In this document: one piece after another, positions 55,733 through 64,000 of the stretch
How positions within the stretch are numbered: the first letter of the stretch is position 1
Layout: each line of letters begins with the position of its first letter
NCBI GenBank assembly: GCA_023247725.1
Contig: JAHFFW010000010.1
Span: 7,734-71,733 of the forward strand
DNA length: 64,000 bases
Source: Candidatus Omnitrophota bacterium
GTDB taxonomy: Bacteria > Omnitrophota > Gorgyraeia > Zapsychrales > JAHFFX01
Reading direction: 5' to 3'
Notes under the pieces: model-generated
What the model saw: only the letters and a program-made list of their open reading frames with translations
What the model was told of the DNA's origin: nothing
Databases searched by the model: none
Translations under genes and position numbers: made by a program

Positions 55733-56455
55733 ATGAAAAACACCTTAAAAAATACTTCCGTCAAAGTCAGACGCGCCAAAGAACGCGGCCACGCCAACCA
55801 CGGCTGGTTGGATAGTTACCACACTTTTTCTTTTGCCGGCTATTACGATCCGAACCACATGGGTTTCCGTTCTTTAAAAGTGATTAATGAAGACAGGGTT
55901 GGCCCTGGCAAGGGTTTCGGCAGTCATCCGCATGAGGATATGGAAATATTCAGCTATGTCATCGAAGGGGCCTTGACGCACAAAGACAGCATGGGGAATA
56001 GCTCGACGATCAAGGCCGGCGACGTGCAGAAGATCACGGCGGGCAGCGGAATTGTCCACAGTGAGTTCAATGGTTCAACAAAGGAAAAAGTTCATTTCCT
56101 GCAAATCTGGATTTTACCGGACAAGAAAGGACTCAAGCCGTCTTATCAAGAATATTCTCTCGCTTTATCCGATCCAAAGGCACCAGTGACCTTGATTGGT
56201 TCTCCGCAAGGCGGAAACAATGTGGTCCAATTTCATCAAGATGTCTACATCTATAAAGGCTCATTGGGGCAAGCAGAAATTTGCCGGCATGATATAAAGC
56301 CCGGACGGGGATTATGGATTCAAATGATTAAAGGCAAAGTGAGCCTTGATGACAATGAGTTATCCGCCGGGGATGGGGCGGCCCTTGAAAACCAAAGAAC
56401 CATCACCGCCAAGGCTCTGGAAGACGCGGAATTCCTTTTAATGGATTTAGCTTAA
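55733..56455 (+). CDS. Pirin family protein
   Basis: RGHANHGWLDSYHTFSF, HPHEDMEI, HSEFN, LQIWI. Confidence 0.95.
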   Translation: MKNTLKNTSVKVRRAKERGHANHGWLDSYHTFSFAGYYDPNHMGFRSLKVINEDRVGPGKGFGSHPHEDMEIFSYVIEGALTHKDSMGNSSTIKAGDVQKITAGSGIVHSEFNGSTKEKVHFLQIWILPDKKGLKPSYQEYSLALSDPKAPVTLIGSPQGGNNVVQFHQDVYIYKGSLGQAEICRHDIKPGRGLWIQMIKGKVSLDDNELSAGDGAALENQRTITAKALEDAEFLLMDLA

Positions 56456-56535
56456 TCAATGAAATTACCAAGGAGTTCCATGGCTCAAGCGAATATTATA
56501 TTGATGTCAGACCTTATTCCATCGTAAATTTATTG

Positions 56536-56637
56536 AATCAAAATATTAAAGATGATCCTGAAATGCTCGAGAAAGAGTTTATTGTCTATGATGTTCTTTA
56601 CGCTCACTGTCAACAGAAGATAAAAAATAAATCATAA
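56536..56637 (+). pseudogene. Remnant of a chromate-resistance ChrB C-terminal domain
   Basis: Own translation ...IKDDPEMLEKEFIVYDVLYAHCQ*; no start or upstream domain. Confidence 0.45.
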
Positions 56638-56665
56638 TTTGCCAATTTCAGAAAAGGATAATTTT

Positions 56666-57613
56666 ATGGAAAGTAAAATTTTGTTGACGATCAGTCTTAT
56701 TGTTTCGTTAATTTTAATGCCGCACATTTTAAAAGCTGAAGAAAAAGGAAAAAATATCCCATCATCTAAATCCATACAGGCAGCAACTTGGTATGGAAAA
56801 ATCGAGGAGCTTACCGGCGCTAAAGGAAGATTTAATGAAAAAGAAAATGTTTTTAAAGTCAGTTTTCCGCGCTCCGATATTGATGTCACCTCCTCGGGAG
56901 TGAAGATCACCCCGCCCATGGGATTGACGGTATGGGTGGCATTTAAATCCATGGGAAACCATACCATGGTGATGGGAGATATGGTGTTGCTGGAAGATCA
57001 GGTCAATCCGGTTATGAGTGTGGCGTTGGACAACGGTTTGGAGGTCACGGCTCTGCATAATCATTTCTTTTGGGATTCTCCCAAGGTGATGTTCATGCAT
57101 ATTGGCGGCATGGGCGATCCGGAGATTTTGGCTCGTGCGGTCGGTAAAGTTTTCGCCAAGATTAAGGAGACAAGTGGTGGTAAGGGAGATAAGCCATTCT
57201 TGGAAATTGATCCTACCAAGACAACCCTTGATCCCAAAAAGATTGAGGAGATTCTTGGCGTTTCCGGAGAATTAAAAGATGGGGTTTATAAAGTTACTAT
57301 AGGTCGAACGACAACGATGAATGGACATGAAATGGGAAACACCATGGGCATAAATACTTGGGCAGCTTTTATTGGTAGCGATGAAAGGGCTGTTGTCGAC
57401 GGAGACTTTGCCATGCTGGAGTCGGAGGTTCAATCCGTTTTGAAAGCCTTACGGGGCGCTGGGATTAACATCGTTGCGATTCACAACCACATGACGATGG
57501 AAAATCCCAGAATTATTTTTTTACACTTTTGGGGAATTGGGTCAACTACCGATTTGGCCAAAGGTTTAAAAGCGGCATTAGATACACAACACTTAAAAAG
57601 CGTTAAAAAATAA
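56666..57613 (+). CDS. DUF1259 (LppY/LpqO-like) tandem-domain exported protein
   Basis: Signal peptide; two repeats of GD..LLE.EV..V...ALHNH / AIHNH...H. Confidence 0.85.
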   Translation: MESKILLTISLIVSLILMPHILKAEEKGKNIPSSKSIQAATWYGKIEELTGAKGRFNEKENVFKVSFPRSDIDVTSSGVKITPPMGLTVWVAFKSMGNHTMVMGDMVLLEDQVNPVMSVALDNGLEVTALHNHFFWDSPKVMFMHIGGMGDPEILARAVGKVFAKIKETSGGKGDKPFLEIDPTKTTLDPKKIEEILGVSGELKDGVYKVTIGRTTTMNGHEMGNTMGINTWAAFIGSDERAVVDGDFAMLESEVQSVLKALRGAGINIVAIHNHMTMENPRIIFLHFWGIGSTTDLAKGLKAALDTQHLKSVKK

Positions 57614-57626
57614 CAAGGAGGGCAAA

Positions 57627-58241
57627 ATGAACAGAAGCAAAAATTTGGTTAAGCTTCTTTTAGTTGGTCTTATCGGAATGTTTTTATCTTTAGGAATTTT
57701 AAACTGTCAACGGGTTTTGGCTGAGGATGAAGAACAGGAAAGGGATTCCGGCGCCTTATTAAGAGCCCTTTCACAAAGCCAGGTATCTCTTTCCGATGGA
57801 ATCAAAAAATCCACAAAAGGGGCGGAGGTACCGATTTCGGCTAAATATGAGTTGGATGAGAAAGATAAACTTTCCCTTTCTGTTTATACGGCTGAAAAAG
57901 GTTTGAATGTAGATCCGCAGAGTAATACTTTTAAAGAAATATCCGGCAGCCCGGTATCAGCGACATGGAATCCGGAGGCAGAGGTAATCAAAGATGAAGA
58001 TGATGTAAAAGCAGCTAAGGAGCAATTAACGGTTCTATCAAAAGCCAAGGTTTCATTGCTTGATATTGTCGAAAAAGCAGCGAAGGAAAATCAAGGGACA
58101 GTTTTTGCCGCTACCCCTGAAATGGAAGACAATAAGTCCGTTATTGAAGTGAAGGTCGCTAAAGACGACAACGTCAGCGAGCATCATTACGATATTGCCA
58201 GCGGTAACGAAATTAAAATGGAAGATGACGATCAGTATTAA
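57627..58241 (+). CDS. Acidic exported protein with PepSY-like domains
   Basis: Signal peptide; SLSDGI...ISAKYE, KVSLLDIV...HYDIASG. Confidence 0.6.
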   Translation: MNRSKNLVKLLLVGLIGMFLSLGILNCQRVLAEDEEQERDSGALLRALSQSQVSLSDGIKKSTKGAEVPISAKYELDEKDKLSLSVYTAEKGLNVDPQSNTFKEISGSPVSATWNPEAEVIKDEDDVKAAKEQLTVLSKAKVSLLDIVEKAAKENQGTVFAATPEMEDNKSVIEVKVAKDDNVSEHHYDIASGNEIKMEDDDQY

Positions 58242-58422
58242 TCCGTTGGCCAAAATTACAAACTATTTTTAAGAAAGGGTTTGGCTAAGAGAATTCTAAA
58301 ACACATCATCTTTAGGATGAGGATTGCGGACTCAATCTCGGCTCCGGGAATAGATTTTTATTGGGATTACAAGATCAATTGGGAAATGCTTTTCGTTTTG
58401 AAAGCCCTGCGTTAAGCCACCA

Positions 58423-59676
58423 ATGAGATTAAAAAATTTATTTCTTCCAGCCGATGGCCGATTGTTATTTATTTCGCGTACCGTTCGGCTATTCGCGTAT
58501 GGCTTTATTGCCACCATTCTGGTCATTTACTTAGCTGAGATTGGTTTAAGCAATAATCAAATCGGCTTATTGCTCGCTTTGACCTTAATTGGGGATGCTG
58601 CCATTTCTTTATGGTTGACGACGGTGGCTGACCGTGTAGGCAGAAAAAAGATGCTGGTCCTGGGTGCGTTTCTCATGATTTTTGCCGGTGGGTTGTTTGC
58701 ATCGACCAGCCATATTGATCTGTTGATCGTAGCCGCAATCTTAGGCGTGATAAGTCCCAGTGGCAATGAGGTAGGGCCTTTTCTGGCCATCGAGCAGGCC
58801 GCCCTTTCGCAGGTTGTCACTGAACAAATGAGAACAAAGGTTTTTGCATGGTATAACCTCGTTGGTTCATTGGCGACAGCTTTTGGGGCATTATGTTCCG
58901 GAGCAGGAGTCCAGTTATTACAAAAGGCTGGTTTTACTTTATTATCCAGTTGTCGAGTTGCTGTGGTTAGCTATGCGGTTTTTGGATTCATTCTCCTTAG
59001 TGTATTTTATTTTTTATCTTCTAACATTGAAGTTCGAAAGAATAATCCGCCAGCCAACCCTTTCCCCAGACTCTGTCGTTGGTTAGGATTGCGTCATTCA
59101 ACGGGAATGGTTGTTAAGTTATCCCTTTTGTTCGCCTTGGATGCTCTTGGCGGCGGGTTTGTTATGCAAAGCATCGTTTCCTATTGGTTTCATATTCGTT
59201 TCGGCGCAGAACCTTTGTTCCTCGGCGGTATCTTTTGGGGCGCGAATATGCTGGCTGGTTTTTCCGGATTGATTGCGGCGAAGATGGCGGCACGCATTGG
59301 ATTGATTAAGACGATGGTTTTTACTCATGTTCCTTCCAACGTTCTTCTGATATTAGTTCCGCTCATGCCGAATGTATTTCTGGCTGTGGCGGTTCTTCTT
59401 TTACGTTTTGGTGTCTCTCAGATGGATGTCCCGACGCGGCAATCCTATACGATGGCCGTGGTCTCACCTGACGAACGCTCTGCCGCTTCGGGAATAACCA
59501 ATGTGGCGCGTACTTTAGGGGCTTCTATTTCTCCATTATTGATTGCTCCATTATTTGGTTCTGCGGTCACCTTAAGGATTGCCTTTTTTGCAGCGGGAGG
59601 ATTAAAACTTGCTTACGATTTTTTGCTTTACCAGGGATTCCAGAAAATTAAGCCAATGGAAGAAAAGCAGGCATGA
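58423..59676 (+). CDS. MFS transporter
   Basis: About 12 TM, ADRVGRKK motif A, SQMDVPTRQSY. Confidence 0.92.
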   Translation: MRLKNLFLPADGRLLFISRTVRLFAYGFIATILVIYLAEIGLSNNQIGLLLALTLIGDAAISLWLTTVADRVGRKKMLVLGAFLMIFAGGLFASTSHIDLLIVAAILGVISPSGNEVGPFLAIEQAALSQVVTEQMRTKVFAWYNLVGSLATAFGALCSGAGVQLLQKAGFTLLSSCRVAVVSYAVFGFILLSVFYFLSSNIEVRKNNPPANPFPRLCRWLGLRHSTGMVVKLSLLFALDALGGGFVMQSIVSYWFHIRFGAEPLFLGGIFWGANMLAGFSGLIAAKMAARIGLIKTMVFTHVPSNVLLILVPLMPNVFLAVAVLLLRFGVSQMDVPTRQSYTMAVVSPDERSAASGITNVARTLGASISPLLIAPLFGSAVTLRIAFFAAGGLKLAYDFLLYQGFQKIKPMEEKQA

Positions 59677-59805
59677 CACTTTTTTGAAGAGGCCAAAACA
59701 GTTTTTTATGATGAGAATGCTTTGGAGTCCTATGATCCCGGTTTAATAGATTTAGCCTAATCAACCAAATTATCAAGGAGTCCCATAGATCGCTTCCTCA
59801 ATTCT

Positions 59806-60375
59806 ATGTCCTACGAATTTAGAATATTAGCGCTTTTTGTGTTTATAGCGATCATGTTGATTTTTGATTTAAGAAATCCTCCGGATAAACGATTTAGATT
59901 CAAGACATACTGGTTCATTTTATCCCTTGGTGGAGTTGGGGCATTATTGGGTATGGCGATCGATTCCATCACTTCAAGGATCTCAATTGATTATTTTATT
60001 TACGGAAAAGGTTTATTGGCCGGTTCAATGTTGAAGCGAGATATATTAGCCCTGGGAGCCAAGGCTGGATTCTCTGCAGGAGTTTTTGCGGGGTGCTTCC
60101 TTATTATGGCTAATCCATTAAAGCAGCATGTCATCCACCTATACCGTTTTATTTCAATACCTTTATTGATCAGTGTTCTTCTAGGATTTCTTTTGGGAGC
60201 AATTCAATATGCAACCAATATCGTTTTCTTAGATCAGGTTTCTTTTTTGGGAGAAGACCATTCGCGTCTGTTTGCAACGGTATGGCTAATTCACATAGGT
60301 GTTTATCTGGGGGCATTATTGGGATTGTTGCTCGTTTGCCATCGGGTACGAACGCTGGGTATTAACCGGTCCTAA
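59806..60375 (+). CDS. Hypothetical inner-membrane protein
   Basis: About five hydrophobic helices; DSITSRISIDYF motif. Confidence 0.7.
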   Translation: MSYEFRILALFVFIAIMLIFDLRNPPDKRFRFKTYWFILSLGGVGALLGMAIDSITSRISIDYFIYGKGLLAGSMLKRDILALGAKAGFSAGVFAGCFLIMANPLKQHVIHLYRFISIPLLISVLLGFLLGAIQYATNIVFLDQVSFLGEDHSRLFATVWLIHIGVYLGALLGLLLVCHRVRTLGINRS

Positions 60376-60488
60376 TCTTGCAGAAAATGGAATGGCTGAT
60401 GTTATCTTCCCTTAATATATAGAAATCGATCCGGCCCCTTGCTTTTGACCGGGGAATTTGTTATCCTTAAACCCAGAAAGGTTCCCCT

Positions 60489-60908
60489 ATGAACAAGTCG
60501 CGGCAAGCCTTTGTGAGCGGAGTTTCCGTCTTCTTCTTTATCTCTGCTTTGTTTTGCTGTTCCTTCTGTCGCCTGGCCGAGGCGAGGACTGACGCGCAAA
60601 GACCGACCCCATCGGTTTTGTCCGGCACGTTAGCCAAGATGCAGCATTCTTGCTGCCCGACGGACAATAAAGCCTCGCATTCCCAAAGGAAATGCCAAGA
60701 GCTCAATTCTTCACCCCTTTTGCAATTGGAAAAATTCAATGACCTTGGCCACAAAATTCTCACTCAGGTTTCTCAATTAACTCTGCTTTTTCCCCTCATT
60801 GGTGAAGGAACTCCGCATTCTCTGATTCGTGTTGCCTCTTTTTCTCCACCGCAGTTCCTGCCAGAATCTGTTCCGATTTATCTTTTCGATCGCGCCCTGC
60901 GCATCTAA
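60489..60908 (+). CDS. Cys-rich small protein preceding the metal efflux operon
   Basis: TM followed by CCSFC, HSCC and C; C-terminus SPP...PIYLFDRALRI. Confidence 0.65.
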   Translation: MNKSRQAFVSGVSVFFFISALFCCSFCRLAEARTDAQRPTPSVLSGTLAKMQHSCCPTDNKASHSQRKCQELNSSPLLQLEKFNDLGHKILTQVSQLTLLFPLIGEGTPHSLIRVASFSPPQFLPESVPIYLFDRALRI

Positions 60909-61000
60909 TCTCATAGTCCCAGAATTGGCGGATCACCTTTTCCCTTATTCTTCAGGAAAAGTGCGTGCGAGTTTTTATATTCCACTAAATTGAGGACACT

Positions 61001-62317
61001 ATGAGCATTTCCAAAAAATCAGCTTTCATCAATTTACTTGTGATTGGTAGTTTCTTGACATGGTTGAGTGGATCACCTTGGGCCAGCGCAGAGGAATTAT
61101 CGGAATTATCTTCATTCAATCGGTCTGCCGAATTATTTTCCCTCCTTCATGAAGCTTTAAATAACAACCCAGAAATTATGACGGCTCAGGCCCAGTGGCA
61201 GGCGGCGAAGAAGCGAATCCCCCAAGCCGCGGCCTTGCCGGATCCGACCGCGGGTTACACCTATATGGGCCCCACGCCGGATACGCTCAATGGTCCGGAA
61301 AAGGATCGTTATGAATTTGAGCAAATGATTCCTTTTCCAGGAAAATTAGCCGGCCGGCGCAATGCCGCCAAGGCCGAAGCCGCGGCGCAAGAGGCTCGAT
61401 TGCGTATGGTGGAACGGGACATCATGTTCAAGGTTTCGCAAGCGTATTATGATCTTGTGGTCACGCAAAGGACCTTGGCGCTCGTCGATGAAATCAAAAG
61501 CGCGTTAAGGCAAGCGGAGGCCGCGCTCCAGGCGCAGTATTCTACCAGTAAAGTCACCCAGAGCGAGTTACTGAAAAGCCAAATGGAGATTGCGCAAAAT
61601 TCCCAGAGAATTTTTGAACTGGAACAAAGGCGCGATACGTTAAAGATTTTATTGCAGTCGCTTTTGAACCGCTCATCGCCGCCGGAGGTGGAAGCCAAGG
61701 AGCTTCCAGTGCCGACGCTGCCTTTGTCCTGGGAAGACATTGAAGCGAAGGCCCGCCAAAATCGTCCCGGATTGAAAGAATCTCGGGCCATGCTTAAAAA
61801 AAGCCAGCATGATTTGAATTTGGCGAAACTAGAAAACGCGCCGGATTTTAGTATCGGATTTGAATACAGCCGCATCGATGCTGGAGAGAGCACCTCGGCC
61901 AATGCCGGACAAGATGCCTGGATGATCCCGATCAAAGTGACGATTCCCTTATGGCAAAATCGGATTGGTTCGGCGATTGACGAAGCGCGCGCGAATTGGA
62001 AAGCGGCCCAGGCTCGACTCAAAGGATCGGAAAACTCGACGGACTATGAGGTCAAGGCCGCTTATTATCGTTTTGTGACTGCCCAAAAAACCGTTTTGTT
62101 GTACGAAAATACCCTCCTGCCGCAGGCCCGCTTGATGCTGCGATCCCAACAAGCCGGTTACGGCGCGGGCGAACAAGACGCGGTCAATTATGTGGCCAGC
62201 CAGATCAATTTTTTTAACCTGCAGGCCGCCTATTCCGAGGCCGTTGCCAATGCCCTCAAAGAATTGGCGTCTTTAGAAAAAGAAGTTGGCGCAGATTTGA
62301 TTGAAGGAGAAGATTAA
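61001..62317 (+). CDS. TolC-family outer-membrane factor (CusC/CzcC-like)
   Basis: EALNNNPEI, ALPDP, EQMIPFPGKL, TIPLW. Confidence 0.9.
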   Translation: MSISKKSAFINLLVIGSFLTWLSGSPWASAEELSELSSFNRSAELFSLLHEALNNNPEIMTAQAQWQAAKKRIPQAAALPDPTAGYTYMGPTPDTLNGPEKDRYEFEQMIPFPGKLAGRRNAAKAEAAAQEARLRMVERDIMFKVSQAYYDLVVTQRTLALVDEIKSALRQAEAALQAQYSTSKVTQSELLKSQMEIAQNSQRIFELEQRRDTLKILLQSLLNRSSPPEVEAKELPVPTLPLSWEDIEAKARQNRPGLKESRAMLKKSQHDLNLAKLENAPDFSIGFEYSRIDAGESTSANAGQDAWMIPIKVTIPLWQNRIGSAIDEARANWKAAQARLKGSENSTDYEVKAAYYRFVTAQKTVLLYENTLLPQARLMLRSQQAGYGAGEQDAVNYVASQINFFNLQAAYSEAVANALKELASLEKEVGADLIEGED

Positions 62318-62318
62318 C

Positions 62319-63533
62319 ATGAAAACCGAAAGAAAAAAACTATGGATTGCGGTCGGCATCATCCTCCTCCTCGCCGGAGCCGTAGTCTTTTGGCCCAAGG
62401 GTCAGAACACATCTCAAAAGGTTGCGCACAAGGATATTTATTTTTGTCCCATGCATCCGACTTATACCAGCGATAAGCCGGGAATATGTCCGATTTGTCA
62501 GATGAAATTAGAAAAAAGAGAAACTCCGACAGAGTCAACGCAAAGGACTTCACCAACGGGTCCCGGAACCAAAGGAAAAGAGAGAAAAATTCTTTATTGG
62601 ACGGATCCCATGATCCCGGGATACAAGGCCTCCGGTCCGGGCAAATCGCCGATGGGAATGGATTTGATTCCCGTCTATGAGGAGGAAGAAAACGAAGCCG
62701 CGGGAACATCCGTGGAAGGGCATGCCTCCGTATCGTTGACTTATCCCAAGCAACATCTGATCGGCATTAAAACGGAAAAGGTCAGTGTTCGACGCTTGAC
62801 GAAAGCCATCCGTGCCGTCGGTACTGTAGCCCATGACACGGAACTTTATCAGACCCAGTCGGAATATCTACAGGCTATTGCGGCATTCAAACATGCCGAG
62901 GCCAGCGGCTTCTCGGAAATCATTGAGCAATCCAGGGCCGTGGTCGATGCCATTCGTCTGCGTTTGATTCACATGGGATTTCACGAAGGATTGATTGAGG
63001 AATTAGAACAGAAAAACCAACCCGATGAAAGTTTGCTGATCGTGGAAACCGGGCCAGTGTGGGTCTATGCCCAAATTTATCAATATGAACTTCCTTACGT
63101 GGAGGTGGGAACCCCGGTCCAGGTAACGCTCCCCTCATTTCCCCAGGAAACCTTTGAAGGCATGGTCCGCGCCGTCGATCCGATGGTCGATATGATGACC
63201 CGCACGGTCCGTATCCGCATTCAGATTAAAGATGCCAAAGGTGTTTTAAAGCCGGATATGTTTGTTAATGCCTGTATGGATATTGATCTGGGCGTTGTTC
63301 TGGCGGTGCCGCAGGAGGCCGTCTTTCATACCGGGGAAAGGGACATTGTCTTTGTCGATTCTGGCAAAGGTGTTTTTGAGCCCCGGCCAGTGACGCTTGG
63401 GACCGAAGCCGAAGGATATGACGAAATTAAATCGGGACTAAAAGAAGATGAGGTGGTGGTAACCAACGGCAATTTTCTCCTCGATTCCGAAAGCCGTTTA
63501 AAGGCCGCGATTGAAGGAGGGCCGGCCCAATGA
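62319..63533 (+). CDS. cusB: CusB-type heavy-metal efflux periplasmic adaptor
   Basis: YFCPMHP...CPICQM and YWTDPM...GKSPMGMDLIP metal-binding domains; LKPDMFV; NFLLDSESRL. Confidence 0.9.
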   Translation: MKTERKKLWIAVGIILLLAGAVVFWPKGQNTSQKVAHKDIYFCPMHPTYTSDKPGICPICQMKLEKRETPTESTQRTSPTGPGTKGKERKILYWTDPMIPGYKASGPGKSPMGMDLIPVYEEEENEAAGTSVEGHASVSLTYPKQHLIGIKTEKVSVRRLTKAIRAVGTVAHDTELYQTQSEYLQAIAAFKHAEASGFSEIIEQSRAVVDAIRLRLIHMGFHEGLIEELEQKNQPDESLLIVETGPVWVYAQIYQYELPYVEVGTPVQVTLPSFPQETFEGMVRAVDPMVDMMTRTVRIRIQIKDAKGVLKPDMFVNACMDIDLGVVLAVPQEAVFHTGERDIVFVDSGKGVFEPRPVTLGTEAEGYDEIKSGLKEDEVVVTNGNFLLDSESRLKAAIEGGPAQ

Positions 63534-64000
63534 ATCATAATTCTCCCCGGGAAACCTGGATTGAAAAGCTCATTGATTTTTCGGTCCATAATAAATTCTT
63601 GGTGCTGATCTTTGTGGTCGTGGCCATTGTGGCCGCGGTATGGTCGGCTAAAAATATTCCCCTGGATGCGATTCCGGATTTATCGGATACTCAGGTGATT
63701 GTGTATTCTCGCTGGGATCGCAGTCCGGATATCATTGAAGACCAAGTGACGTACCCCATTGTCTCTTCGTTGTTGGGGGTCCCCGGAATCAAAGCGATTC
63801 GGGGTTTTTCGGATTTCGGATTTTCCTACGTCTATGTCATTTTCAAAGATGGAACTGACCTTTATTGGGCGCGCAGCCGAGTCCTGGAATATTTAAGTAA
63901 AATCCTGCCCCGGCTTCCGGAAGGAGTTCAAACCGAATTAGGCCCGGATGCAACCGGCGTCGGTTGGGTTTTCCAGTATGCGCTGGTGGATGAAACCGGC
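63530..64000 (+). CDS. cusA: CusA/CzcA heavy-metal RND permease, 3'-truncated by the window edge
   Basis: Own translation ...IPLDAIPDLSDTQVIVYS...IEDQVTYPI...DLYWARSRVLEYL...LGPDATGVGWVFQY. Confidence 0.93.
   Translation, partial: MNHNSPRETWIEKLIDFSVHNKFLVLIFVVVAIVAAVWSAKNIPLDAIPDLSDTQVIVYSRWDRSPDIIEDQVTYPIVSSLLGVPGIKAIRGFSDFGFSYVYVIFKDGTDLYWARSRVLEYLSKILPRLPEGVQTELGPDATGVGWVFQYALVDETG

Overview
The window has three blocks, with almost every gene on the + strand. (1) ~1-25,630 is the late region of a lambda-like siphoviral prophage: the 3' end of a DNA methyltransferase, small and large terminase, an Ogr-like Zn finger, three signal-peptide-bearing genes inserted in the head module, gpW, portal, protease, cement protein, major capsid, neck and tail genes with a -1 frameshifted tail chaperone, tape measure, gpM/L/K/J-like tip, tail fibre, two holin-like genes and small accessory ORFs. 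(2) ~25,680-39,450 is a defence-type cargo island. It holds an HTH + PLD-SNF2 helicase + N6-adenine methyltransferase + DprA-like operon, then a separately promoted protein-conjugation operon, and ends at a tRNA-Sec-like att core. That second operon encodes a 57-aa peptide ending LGG-EY (absent from the ORF track), an active E2, a Phd-antitoxin::Cys-to-Ser E2 fusion, a ThiF/E1 without the usual thioester Cys, a JAB protease, two ComEC-type metallo-beta-lactamase-fold proteins and a membrane protein. It is the best candidate for an undescribed system. (3) ~39,600-64,000 holds accessory or host genes of a diderm bacterium: SQR-like oxidoreductase, a VOC gene split by a modular TA-flanked palindromic insertion, TfoX-N, a broken Fic gene, a GH15/glucose dehydrogenase/cyclase/gnd cassette, MarR-AcrAB-OprM efflux, pirin, DUF1259, MFS and a CusCBA-type efflux operon running off the window. 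No rRNA, complete tRNA or CRISPR array was seen. All product calls come from motif recognition by eye; no database searches were run.
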